Below, piece after piece: positions 51,290 to 61,491 of a DNA stretch of 64,000 nt. Numbering within the stretch: the stretch's first letter is position 1; each line of letters begins with the position of its first letter. Position numbers and translations under genes: made by a program. The stretch is from an uncultured virus (IMG/VR IMGVR_UViG_3300028372_000001) (Duplodnaviria; Heunggongvirae; Uroviricota; Caudoviricetes), in the IMG/VR virus record IMGVR_UViG_3300028372_000001, one strand, 5' to 3'. Under the pieces are notes generated by a model. The model was not told where the DNA came from and did not search any database. It saw nothing but the letters and a program-made list of their open reading frames with translations.

Positions 51290-52432
51290 ATGAACGAACT
51301 TCAAACAACTTTGTACTCGAACCTCATGGCGTTGTGTGATGGGGATGAGGCGTTCTTCTATTCGGATCAAGTGTTGACCCCGAAGACCCGTCCGGGTCAT
51401 TTTCGCATCTTCAACTATCGTCTGGCATCCTATACCCAGTGGCTCCATCCCGGTGCTCTGGAGTGCCGTGGCGTGATGTTCCTCATGGACTCGGAATTCA
51501 AGAATCCGATGTCTCTGATGTCGTGGCCGTTCGAGAAGTTCTTCAACCTCAACGAGAACCCAATGACCATGGGCCTCGATATGAATGATGTTCGCTCGAT
51601 TCAAGCAAAGATGGACGGTTCGCTCATCAGCACGTTCTACTTCGATGGTCATGTTCGAGTCAAGTCGAAGGGATCACTACATTCGGATCAGGCAGTAGCT
51701 GCACAAAGATTGCTTGAATCACCGAAGTGGGATGCACTGTACAACGCATTGGAACAACATGTAATGTTTATGGATCACACTGTCATCATGGAGTACACTG
51801 CTCCTGATAACCGTATCGTGGTTCCGACAGAAGAGCCGACTCTTACTGTGCTTGCGGTTCGAGACAACCGTACTGGTAAATACGTGGGTGATCTTCACGG
51901 GTATATGGTAGAGTACATGACTGACGAAATTATCAACGATGTTGGTGAGGATATTCCGGCGTTCATCGAGGACATTCCGAAAATGACCGGCATCGAGGGG
52001 TTTGTGCTGACCATGGCATCAGGCCAGCGTGTGAAGATCAAGACTGATTGGTACGCGGCACTACATCACTTGAAGGACTCAATCAACTCTCAGCGTCGGC
52101 TGTTCGAGTGTGCAGTGAACGATGCAACTGATGACCTCAAGGCTCAGTTCTGGGATGATTTGCAAGCTGTCGCAATGATCAACCACATGGAAGCCAAGGT
52201 GGCATCCATATACAATCACATGGTGGATCAGGTAGAACGGTTCTACCAGCGGAACAAGCACATGGAGCGTAAGGACTTCGCTATCAAGGGGCAGGCTGAA
52301 CTTGACAAACTGTGCTTCGGGCTGGTGATGGCTAAGTATTCCGGTAAGGAAGTGGACTACAAGGCTACGCTCATCAAGCACCGTAAAAACTTCGGGATCA
52401 AGGATGATCCTGAAATGGGAGCAGAACAATGA
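51290..52432 (+). CDS. rnlA: T4 Rnl1-like RNA ligase
   Basis: IFNYRLASY, ECRG.MF, EKFFNLNEN, KMDGSL, EY.AP.NRIV, IEGFV, KIKTDWY. Confidence 0.92.
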   Translation: MNELQTTLYSNLMALCDGDEAFFYSDQVLTPKTRPGHFRIFNYRLASYTQWLHPGALECRGVMFLMDSEFKNPMSLMSWPFEKFFNLNENPMTMGLDMNDVRSIQAKMDGSLISTFYFDGHVRVKSKGSLHSDQAVAAQRLLESPKWDALYNALEQHVMFMDHTVIMEYTAPDNRIVVPTEEPTLTVLAVRDNRTGKYVGDLHGYMVEYMTDEIINDVGEDIPAFIEDIPKMTGIEGFVLTMASGQRVKIKTDWYAALHHLKDSINSQRRLFECAVNDATDDLKAQFWDDLQAVAMINHMEAKVASIYNHMVDQVERFYQRNKHMERKDFAIKGQAELDKLCFGLVMAKYSGKEVDYKATLIKHRKNFGIKDDPEMGAEQ

Positions 52433-52769
52433 TGAAACGTAAAGGCCACCGCAGTGATCGGGAGAAACTGCTTGATCAAGTGTTTAACCATCTGAAAGGT
52501 ATTGGGGTGTGGCGTGGCGACGAGTTTCATAGTTTTTGTAAGTGGGCAAAGGGTAAACCCAGTGATGAACTCAAACGCGAAATGGAGTATTGACACTCCC
52601 ACACCATAGCGATACAATGATCATCCACTCACCAATGGCTGCATCGGGTGATCCTGCAACGGATATCCCACACCCACCGCTTGATGCCAGCAGTTCTATC
52701 TCCGAGAACGAAGAAAAGGGTTGCAACAACCCTTTTCTTTGTGTATAATTCCTTATAATTTATGGGAGG

Positions 52770-53087
52770 TTGAATATGAACAAGGGGCTGCACGTACTTA
52801 TCGATGATATGCGGACGTTGGATGTGGATATCATTTCCCGTAATGGTCAGGTTGCTATGCGCCTCATGGAAGAAGGTGAAGTCAGCCACCTCTACATGGA
52901 CAATGACCTCGGTGAGAACGTTTCCATGGAAGGTATTGACATCCTCAAGTGGGCGAGGGATAATAAAGTCATGCCCCCCAACGTAACGATTGTGTCGGCA
53001 AATATCGTGTGTCGAAAGCGAATGGAAGACCTTTTGCGCTTCGACATGGAATACATTCAGGATGGCAATTGGTGGAGAAAGCATTGA
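52770..53087 (+). CDS. Cyclic-phosphate-processing receiver-like domain
   Basis: LIDDMR...LYMDNDLG....GIDILKW...IVSAN. Confidence 0.65.
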   Translation: MNMNKGLHVLIDDMRTLDVDIISRNGQVAMRLMEEGEVSHLYMDNDLGENVSMEGIDILKWARDNKVMPPNVTIVSANIVCRKRMEDLLRFDMEYIQDGNWWRKH

Positions 53088-53787
53088 GTTCTGTTATGTA
53101 TGAATCGAAATCAAAAATAAACCTGAACTATATGCTCTTGCTTCTGATCATGGCGAATAGTTTTCTTGGGTGGACATGGGCGTTGAGCATCGTAGAATGG
53201 GGTGTCAATATAATGGGCACGATTTCTATTACGCTCATGGTGTTTATGCTGTTCTACCTAAAACGTGCTGTTCGTGACGTTATCATCAATGGCAAGTTAT
53301 CGGAATTGCGAGTGAATTTGAGGCTGGCGGATTTTCGAGCGAAAGAACCGACGGCACGCATCCAGAAAGTGGTTTACCTTTTGATCACACTGCTGGCAAT
53401 TCACACCTTTTACATCAACGAATTGTTTTACACGATGGTCGTAATTGTGCTATTATATACCGTCACTCACGTTGTGAGTGCGTACTACAAAAATCTTGTG
53501 ATGACCGCAAAGGAGATTTAATCACATGAGCATGAGCATCATGAAGTGGAATCAACAGCTTCTTAGCACGACGGAAGCACTGATGAGGGCACGTCAGGAT
53601 GGTGACGCTGACCTCACTGAAGAACTGGAAGCTGAACTGGCTGAAATTGAGGAAGCACTCGAAGCCATCGAAGCCGACAACGCTGACGATCACCGTTTCG
53701 GTCGAATGTGAAAAAAGTCGAGGGAAAGGGTTGACCTCTCCCTCGACTGATGTATAATAGACTCCATCAACACGACGGAGACAGTAC

Positions 53788-54369
53788 ATGATCATTCGTA
53801 AGCGCGGTGCTGTCACGACTTCCTTCCCCCGGAAGCAGGAGTTCATCAGTAAGGTTCGTGATTGTCAGGCACTTGCTCGTTATAAGTTCTTTGACTTCAA
53901 CCTCTTCGATGAAGACCTTCCCATCGTGTTTGTTGCGAAGGGCGCTAATGCTGGAAGCGCCCGGTGGAGACGTGTTCGTGAAGGTATGACCACCAAGATG
54001 GTCTACAACCTCGAATTCAGTATCGAAGCAATCGGCATCGAGTGGGATGACATGACGGGTGATACCATCCCGCACGAAATGGCTCACATCGTGGACTTCG
54101 TGATCAACGAGAAGAGCAACAACCACAATCGTGTGTGGCAGAACATTGCTCGGCGGCTCGGATGCTCAGGTAAGCGAACCCATGATTACCAGATCACGAA
54201 GGCACGCCAACACAAGAAGTACGTCTACGTGGCTACGTGTGGCAAGAAGCATCTAGTGGGTGGTAAGGTCCACAACAAAATTCAACGCGGTTCGGTATAT
54301 ACAGACCGCACAACTGGTGGTAAACTGACTGCCGATACATTCACCGGGATTTGTGCCTACAACAGCTGA
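53788..54369 (+). CDS. SprT-like metalloprotease
   Basis: AGSA, TIPHEMAH, H...WQ..A..LG, H, C.C. Confidence 0.85.
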   Translation: MIIRKRGAVTTSFPRKQEFISKVRDCQALARYKFFDFNLFDEDLPIVFVAKGANAGSARWRRVREGMTTKMVYNLEFSIEAIGIEWDDMTGDTIPHEMAHIVDFVINEKSNNHNRVWQNIARRLGCSGKRTHDYQITKARQHKKYVYVATCGKKHLVGGKVHNKIQRGSVYTDRTTGGKLTADTFTGICAYNS

Positions 54370-54381
54370 TGGAGGTTTGAT

Positions 54382-54953
54382 ATGATTGAATATACAGTTA
54401 AGGTTGATGTTAATGGTGATCGTGGGTGGTATTTGAATGGAAAGGTTCATAGGGAAGATGGTCCGGCTATTGAGCGGGCTGATGGTTCTCGTTGGTGGTA
54501 TTTGAATGGAAAGGTTCACAGGGAAGATGGTCCTGCTGTTGAGCGGGCTAATGGTTCTCGTGCGTGGTGGGTTAATGGAAAACGCCATAGGGAAGATGGT
54601 CCTGCTGTTGAGTTTGCTGATGGTTCTCGTTTTTGGTATTTGAATGGAAAGTTTCATAGGGAAGATGGTCCGGCTATTGAGTGGACTAATGGTGATCGTT
54701 CGTGGTATTTGAATGGAGAGCTTCACAGGGAAGATGGTCCTGCTGTTGAGTTGGCTAATGGTGGTTGTGTGTGGTATTTGAATGGGAAACGCCAAGGGAA
54801 GATGGACCGGCTATTGAGTGGGCTAGTGGCACTCGTAAATGGTATTTGAATGGGACGCAACTTACGGAAGCTGAGTTCAATGCTAGACAACACCCTACCT
54901 GTAATGGTAAGGTAGTAGAAATTGATGGCAAGAAATATAAACTGAGGAAGTGA
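54382..54953 (+). CDS. 23-aa repeat protein (WYLNGK.HREDGPA.E x6) frameshifted near 54794
   Basis: 69-bp repeats; the sixth copy lacks one base. Confidence 0.75.
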
Positions 54954-54955
54954 AC

Positions 54956-55529
54956 ATGTCCAACACACATCGCAAATCGTCGCCCGATCACCGTTACGTT
55001 CGTATGTGGGGATATCACCACACAGAATGTTGATATCATTGTCAATGCCGCCAATGAGACCCTTCTGGGTGGTGGCGGTGTTGACGGGGCAATCCATGCC
55101 GCAGCCGGTCCCGGACTTCGCGAAGCCTGTGAAGAGCTTGGGGGATGCCGCACTGGCGCAGCAAAGGGCACGCTGGCATTCGGGATTACTCAGGCAAAAA
55201 TTATCTATCATACGGTTGGCCCTCGTTATTCTGATCATCCGCCCATGGTGTCCGAAGAGTATCTGGATGCTTGCTATGACGTATGTCTGGACCTTGCTGT
55301 CAAGAGCAAGTACCGCTCGGTTGCATTTCCGTCGATCAGCACTGGTATCTACGGATACCCGCTCGAACTGGCAGCCAAGGTGGTCGCGAAGAAGTTCGCA
55401 TGGTATACCCGTCATGCCTTGGAAACCACGAACTTGCGCGAGATTCGTATGGTGTGCTATGATCTGTGTGATCTACAGGCATATACCAATGCCTTCGCCG
55501 CCGAAATCGAAGCCACCGGGCGGCATTGA
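54956..55529 (+). CDS. Macro domain protein (YmdB/Tk.4-like ADP-ribose hydrolase), apparent frameshift just after the start
   Basis: Manual translation: GDIT...DIIVNAAN..LLGGGGVDGAIH.AAG...HTVGP...VAFPSISTGIYGYP. Confidence 0.85.
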
Positions 55530-55944
55530 TCAACGCTCCACCTTAACCGATGAGGAAGTGAACATGGAACCCGAAATCGAACGTATCATCCGTGAGTTTG
55601 GACTGGACAACAATTCGTTCACCCGTGATGCTCTCGAAGAGATGTATATGGTTGGCGCTCGTGACTCAATCGGTAACTTGGATATTCAACTCGACGCCCT
55701 TGAGTTTTTCGGTGAAGACGAGTAAGATTCGATAATTCACAATATACGCGGAGTCGTTAACATGTTCTTTGAAGTCACCATTCTATCTGCAATTGCATTT
55801 ATGGGTTTCGTCTTGTCCTCCACGCTCCTTACCCGTCAAAAGTCGGCGGTGCAATTTCTTGTGTGGGGTAGTATGGTCCCTCATCACTTTTATTTGTGCG
55901 ATTGTGGCCTATACAACATCTAGACTTACTAGCGTGCATTCGTA

Positions 55945-56020
55945 GGGCCTGTAGCTTAATGGTTAGAGCAACGCACTCATAATGCGCAGGTTCTCGGTTC
56001 AAGTCCGAGCAGGCCCACCA
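55945..56020 (+). tRNA. tRNA with CAU anticodon (probably Ile2, possibly Met)
   Basis: GGGCCTG acceptor, loop ctcataa, CCA. Confidence 0.88.
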
Positions 56021-56442
56021 ACAGGAGAATGTGAAATGCAAGACAAAACCCTCGACAAAAACCCTCGATACCATTATCGGTGAGTTTGGATTGGATGCCA
56101 CGGAAACCACTCGTAAAGCTCTTGTAGAGATGTTTTGGACCGGCGCTCTTCAAGCGGCTATGGCACCCATTGTCGAAGAACAAGCCTTCGATTACTTCAG
56201 GGAGAAATCGTGATGTGGAACAAGATTGACAACTATGACTATTCGGTGGTTCCCGAGGGTAAGGTGAAACTCAGGGTTGCACCCGCTGTTGATCCTGATG
56301 CTTCCCTTCTCAAACTGGATGCGGAATGCACCCACTACACGTTCTTTGGAAAGACACAGGCTCGGTTCGAGCTTGACAATGGCGGCGCTGGTCTGTATTA
56401 TCTCGATCTTGCAGACTACGTTATTATGTTCTGGAGCAATGA

Positions 56443-56838
56443 TTGATGATGATTTCTGAAAACGCATACCAATGTGTGCTACTCGGTGAAGAACTGGGTG
56501 ATATCATGAATAAGGGCAATGATCTTGCTACGTGGGTCCCACTTGAGTACCTTCTCAAGCGTTATCATGGGGAATATGCGTCAGAGTTTCATGGCGATGT
56601 AACCGCTACCATGAGTCTTGCAATCAGGCTCATTGCGTATATGATGGGGCACGAGGATGAGGAAATTGATACCCTTCTCGACATTGACCAAAAACACTTC
56701 AGGTGCCCGTGCGGTATGACTCATGAGCCCGGTGATGAAGATAAGCAGGTGTACTGGGATTACTTTACTCAAGCCGCTGTTCGTGAGAATATAGCCATCA
56801 TCAAGGCGAACCACGAGGCTGCAAAAGCCCTTCGATAA
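56443..56838 (+). CDS. Hypothetical protein
   Basis: Operonic ORF. Confidence 0.5.
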   Translation: MMMISENAYQCVLLGEELGDIMNKGNDLATWVPLEYLLKRYHGEYASEFHGDVTATMSLAIRLIAYMMGHEDEEIDTLLDIDQKHFRCPCGMTHEPGDEDKQVYWDYFTQAAVRENIAIIKANHEAAKALR

Positions 56839-56898
56839 CTGGAGCATAATCAGCCATAAAGTGTAGGGTAAATATACTCACCACAGTTGGAGAGTATA

Positions 56899-57354
56899 AT
56901 GGACCGTGATGCGGCTATTAGGAAGATCATAAAGCTGATTGACCTTTTTCATGGGTCGGATGCCACTGAAGAAAGAGAGACCGCAAAGAGACAGGCGCTA
57001 TGGTTGTCTGAGAAGTATGATGTAACCCGACATGAAATCTGGCGGACCCGTGGTGGTCCAGCATACGGGCAGAAGGCACCAGCACCTATATACAATAGGC
57101 CAGAGTCTCGGTCCCACCGGTCACAGTCATGGACAAGACCACAGTCGAGGCCACAGCCTAAACCACAACCACAGCCTAAACCACAACCACAGCCTAAACC
57201 ACAACCACAACGCCCCAACGCGGCGATGGATAACGAATTTAAAGATAGACATGAAGCTCCGGCTGAGATAGTATATCGTAGCTTCATAGGGAAGCCAGAG
57301 CCAAAGAAGCCAGAACCAACACCAAAGGAATATTGTCCAACGGAATTTTATTAA
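56899..57354 (+). CDS. DUF2786-like N-terminus with PQPK repeats
   Basis: AIRKIIKL......EERETA...A..L..KY; 18-bp repeats. Confidence 0.5.
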   Translation: MDRDAAIRKIIKLIDLFHGSDATEERETAKRQALWLSEKYDVTRHEIWRTRGGPAYGQKAPAPIYNRPESRSHRSQSWTRPQSRPQPKPQPQPKPQPQPKPQPQRPNAAMDNEFKDRHEAPAEIVYRSFIGKPEPKKPEPTPKEYCPTEFY

Positions 57355-57359
57355 CCAAT

Positions 57360-57445
57360 GCCGGGGTGGCGGAACTGGTAGACGCGCTGGATTCAAAATC
57401 CAGTTCCCTTGTGGAGTGAGGGTTCAAGTCCCTCCCCCGGTACCA
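57360..57445 (+). tRNA. tRNA-Leu(CAA)
   Basis: Cloverleaf with long variable arm, loop ttcaaaa, CCA. Confidence 0.95.
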
Positions 57446-57466
57446 ATAAATTTAGAGTAAAACATA

Positions 57467-57868
57467 ATGAATAAGTTGACTTCGTACATTCTCATCAACG
57501 GTACATCCTTCGGTATCCTCATCTGGGCCGGGATCAGTGGAAGTTCATTTGCACATGGACTGTGGACGGCAACCAGCATGATAACCCTTATCATGAGCGT
57601 TATTTGTGGCCTTGTTACTCTCGGTCCATGGGCTGATACCCTCCTGCCCGCCATGGCGAAACAAGACACTTTTGAGATTCCGACTCGAAGCGTTCCACTA
57701 AAGGTAGATATTATGCTAGACTTGGTTACCTTCTTGGTCTGTTTCGCCTTTGAGTTCTATTTCACGGCAGGAATCTGGTTGTTCCTTACGTTCTTCGGCA
57801 ACGCGTTTGTAAGTAAGATGTTTGACCCCAACAGTTTCATTCAACCGGAGAATAAAGACTCCTTTTAA
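57467..57868 (+). CDS. Membrane protein
   Basis: Several hydrophobic segments. Confidence 0.55.
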   Translation: MNKLTSYILINGTSFGILIWAGISGSSFAHGLWTATSMITLIMSVICGLVTLGPWADTLLPAMAKQDTFEIPTRSVPLKVDIMLDLVTFLVCFAFEFYFTAGIWLFLTFFGNAFVSKMFDPNSFIQPENKDSF

Positions 57869-57889
57869 GCTAACGCAAACATTAGTATG

Positions 57890-57931
57890 CTAAGCTATTG
57901 GTCGTAGGTTCGAATCCTACCGAGCGCGCCA
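57890..57931 (+). pseudogene. 3' half of a tRNA (probably Arg-UCU)
   Basis: ctaa-gctat-tggtc-gtagg-ttcgaat-cctac-cgagcgc-g-cca; no 5' half upstream. Confidence 0.7.
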
Positions 57932-58271
57932 AATCAATCTTCGTGGAGAACCACATGACAACCTACCTCCAAGACCCAGAACGTCTCGATACAAACGTCA
58001 CCATCAAAATGCCCGAGAAGATTGTTGTCGAATATGTACACCCCAAGGGTTGGGCCATCCTCCTTGATGGCAACCTCGTGGGCACGATTACGGAGGGTGG
58101 CACGGACTACGTTAGTGATCACCCCATGGCAGAAGCCTCCCATTGCAAGTATTTTGCTGACGCGGGCGACGCTACCGATTGGTTGATCAAACGTGACCTT
58201 CTCAAGACCAAGGCGTATGCCGAACTCCACAAGAAAGTCAAGAAGGCAAAGAAGAAAGAAGCGAAAGAAAC

Positions 58272-58853
58272 GTGAAAAACCTATTCGATAGCATCTGGCT
58301 TACAGTGTTGATGGCTGTTGGTACGTACATCATTGTCATCATTGGTGCCATCATATTCCAGACGTTGCCGCCAGCTACAACCACACTGGAACTTCCTCCC
58401 ATGGAAGATTCACCCAATCGTAATTGGGGTGTTGTATGGGATGAAGAAGACCTGTATTGTCTGGCCCTCAACATCTATTTCGAAGCACGTGGTGAACCGG
58501 TGGCAGGCAAGTATGCAGTCGGTGATGTGGTCATGTATCGTACACAGAATGCCAACTACCCGAACACCATATGTGGAGTGATCAAGGATGGAGTTCATTA
58601 TGCGTGGAACCCATCGATCCCTATACCCAATCGATGTGCGTTTAGTTGGTACTGCAATCAACAAAGCGATGATCCTGTTGATGGTGACGCGTTTGAAGAA
58701 GCATTGTTTATTTCTTACGATATTTTGACTAACCCAATGTATCAGAGCGCTGTTAAACCGGCATTGTTTTATCATGCTGGTTATGTTGAGCCTTATTGGG
58801 CAGCATCACAAACATTTGTCAAGCAAATCGGGCACCATTTGTTTTATTTTTAA
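58272..58853 (+). CDS. SleB/Hydrolase_2 cell wall hydrolase
   Basis: CLALNIYFEARGE...G..AV..V...R...YP.TICGV; C.FSWYC; ALFYHA.YV.P.W; IGHH.FY. Confidence 0.9.
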   Translation: MKNLFDSIWLTVLMAVGTYIIVIIGAIIFQTLPPATTTLELPPMEDSPNRNWGVVWDEEDLYCLALNIYFEARGEPVAGKYAVGDVVMYRTQNANYPNTICGVIKDGVHYAWNPSIPIPNRCAFSWYCNQQSDDPVDGDAFEEALFISYDILTNPMYQSAVKPALFYHAGYVEPYWAASQTFVKQIGHHLFYF

Positions 58854-59329
58854 TCCATATAAGGGGTTGACATTTAAGCGCTCCTTGTTATATAGTAAGT
58901 ATTCATGTCGCCATCCAAGCATCATGAAAGCTCAAGTGGACAACACGTGTTGTCTTGTTTTTAACCCAGCAATAAGGCAGACCAAATGCGTCTTACCTAC
59001 GTAAACCACGGCACCAAATTCTCCTTCCGAACTGACAAGATGACCAAACATCCTGATGGCAATCGTGGAGCCACCATGCTCCAAGTGCATGCGGAACTCG
59101 TTCTCCAGCAGAGTAATGAATGCATCTATATCCTCGGTGAGGATGGTCGCCAACTCGATATCCAGACCGTGAAGTACTGCGCGAAGACGGGGGCTTTCCC
59201 TATCCATTGATCAACCACCGGGGTGGCCATAAACCACCTTCGGTTAGATCAAAAAAACATCTTGACATTATACACTGTATAATGTAGTATTTAATAGCGC
59301 AATTCCGCGCACACTAGGAGATTTACAAG

Positions 59330-59896
59330 ATGGCTAAGAAAGAATCACCCAAGCATGAGAATGTGAACGTCCCGGAACTCTTCTATCAGCACTTCATGAA
59401 GGGCCACGTAGGTCTGCCGGGTTCCGCCCTCGAACTGATCCACACCGTTGTTCCGGTCAAGAAGGGTCGCGGCTTTACTCGAATTCTGCCGAAGATCACT
59501 CAAGCCCAGTACGATGAACTGTACTCATACGGTATCCACGCCCGTAGCTCGATGTCTGGTGCTGATCGCAAAACCGTGCTCCGTGCGGCAATCTGCGCCA
59601 AGGCCATGTGTGAGCGTATGGAACTGGCAGGGGTGACCGACCCGAAGCCGTTCGTTCCGACGCGTGCCTCGAAGAAGCGTGCAGCTGATGAAACGGCACC
59701 GCCCATCACGAGCACGGATGATGGCACGGCTGCAGCTCTTACCGCCATCGCAGAAGACGCCACGAAGACCGAAGAGGACACCAGTCTCAACAGTATCGTG
59801 CCGACCGAACCGGCTACGCTCGATACCGTCGATGACCTCGAAGAAGTCACCGGTGAGGAACTGGACAACTTCGGCAAGGATATCAGCTACGGCTGA
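59330..59896 (+). CDS. Hypothetical protein
   Basis: Strong sigma70 promoter and AGGAG RBS. Confidence 0.6.
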   Translation: MAKKESPKHENVNVPELFYQHFMKGHVGLPGSALELIHTVVPVKKGRGFTRILPKITQAQYDELYSYGIHARSSMSGADRKTVLRAAICAKAMCERMELAGVTDPKPFVPTRASKKRAADETAPPITSTDDGTAAALTAIAEDATKTEEDTSLNSIVPTEPATLDTVDDLEEVTGEELDNFGKDISYG

Positions 59897-60376
59897 TACC
59901 TCTGAAGCTTGACAGCACGACGAGAGGGTGGCTATAATGGCCACCCTTTTTGTGTATATGGAGTTTAAAAATGGATTGCGCGATGGAGTTGAAAGCAGCA
60001 ATGGAGGTCTTGTTGAGTGAGACTGCACAAGATATCAGTGACCCAGACGTTGCACTCGCCAGAGAATGTGTGCGTGCGTGCCTTGATGATTGTATTGATG
60101 AAGTCAACCTCAACAATGTCTACTTGACTCACGAAAATATGAAGAGACTGCAATGATATGTCCCCACGGAAACCCAGCAGACGATTGCTTCAAGTGTGAT
60201 TACCCCGAGGAAGATCGGGAGCTTAAGCGGCTGCGTGCACGTGAGAGAGTGCTGGTGGATCATATTGCAGAGATATACGCACACACCTTATCCCCGGATG
60301 GCAACAACCCGGAACAACCAATGTCAATCAAAGAGATATGCGAGAACTGTATCGAATCTCTCAAAGGAGTAGACCA

Positions 60377-60730
60377 ATGATGCGAGTAGAAACTGCAATA
60401 CCAATGATGCTGGAACTGGCAGAACAGAATGCCCTGCAAGGGTACGAAGCATCTGGAGAAGATGACTACGTGACTATCGAGGATCAGCAGGAAGCGCTGG
60501 AGGTTGTCCAGAACTACATCGATACCGACTACGGCTTGACCATGCCGCAGTACACTCGTGACGAGACTTGCGATGCACTCGAACTGATCTATGAACTCGG
60601 ACAGGACAACATCCTCGATGAACTCCTGACCGACAGTGATGAGGTTCTGGAAGCTCAGCGTGCAATGCAACTGGAAGCGGCGGTTGTTATGCACGATCAC
60701 ATCGTAAATCACGCTGTGGGGCTTAACTGA
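60377..60730 (+). CDS. Acidic protein with an internal duplication
   Basis: ELAEQNAL / ELGQDNIL repeat. Confidence 0.55.
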   Translation: MMRVETAIPMMLELAEQNALQGYEASGEDDYVTIEDQQEALEVVQNYIDTDYGLTMPQYTRDETCDALELIYELGQDNILDELLTDSDEVLEAQRAMQLEAAVVMHDHIVNHAVGLN

Positions 60731-60842
60731 TGCCTCTTGCTGCTGGTCTTCTGGCCTACGCCATTACCAGTAATGTGGCCTTGGCTATTTTGTGGTTCTT
60801 GATAGTGTGGTTAATCTGTGATTAATACAAAGGCGAGGCATG

Positions 60843-60867
60843 AAAAAGGGGGCTTTCGCCCCCTTTT
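60843..60867. terminator. Bidirectional intrinsic terminator
   Basis: aaaaagggggc-tttc-gccccctttt between convergent genes. Confidence 0.8.
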
Positions 60868-60869
60868 CA

Positions 60870-61331
60870 TTACTTCAGTGTTGACCCTACCCATACCTCC
60901 CGTAGAGCACTCAATTCCACGAACTGATCCGGTTCAACTTCAACCTCCGTACCGCTCAGGAACTGAAAGCAATCCATCTTGTAAGGGTTGTAGGTGACAC
61001 GCTCCCCATCCACCAGAGTCAGGTTCGACACACGCTCCAGACACCCCGGAGTGAAGCTCTTGATACCGAACACAGGGTGACGGATATCGATAGCCGACAC
61101 GAAATGCAGACGACCCACAACGCCAGCATGCACGTTCTTGCGTTGTTCATTGATCACACGCTGACGCCCAGCTGCCGACACCTTGAACTGTGCATCCTTC
61201 AGCACGACGTGACTTGCGTGGATAGCCACCAGTCCATTTATACGAATGGACCAGCAGTGCTTGTGAAGATTACGATACACGAACCCTACAGGCTCCTGTA
61301 GGTTATCCCATGCCCCATGCAGTATTTTCAT
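60870..61331 (-). CDS. Conserved phage protein (YRNLHK.CWS...RKNVHAGV.G)
   Basis: Motif; leader resembles the early class. Confidence 0.65.
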   Translation of the reverse strand: MKILHGAWDNLQEPVGFVYRNLHKHCWSIRINGLVAIHASHVVLKDAQFKVSAAGRQRVINEQRKNVHAGVVGRLHFVSAIDIRHPVFGIKSFTPGCLERVSNLTLVDGERVTYNPYKMDCFQFLSGTEVEVEPDQFVELSALREVWVGSTLK

Positions 61332-61491
61332 AGCCTTCCTCCGTTGGTGATGAATGCATTATACACAACCACTCTAACTACACAATGATTAATTTACAAT
61401 GGTTAACTCACCTCCATCCCCAACCACCATCCTATTATAATTTATAAATTATAAACAGTCAAGGGGGGGGTTGCCCTCCCCCGATGAACGG

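Noticed and set aside
54382..54953. Diversity-generating retroelement target
   Set aside because: The repeats are ordinary intragenic 69-bp units; no reverse transcriptase or template/variable repeat pair in the window
55006..55563. N-terminal part of the 239-aa ORF in the track
   Set aside because: Out-of-frame overlap with the macro domain gene; only 55564-55725 (paralog of 56031-56213) looks real
57868..57890. Group I intron before the tRNA 3' half
   Set aside because: A G precedes the fragment, but there is no 5' exon and no room for an intron core
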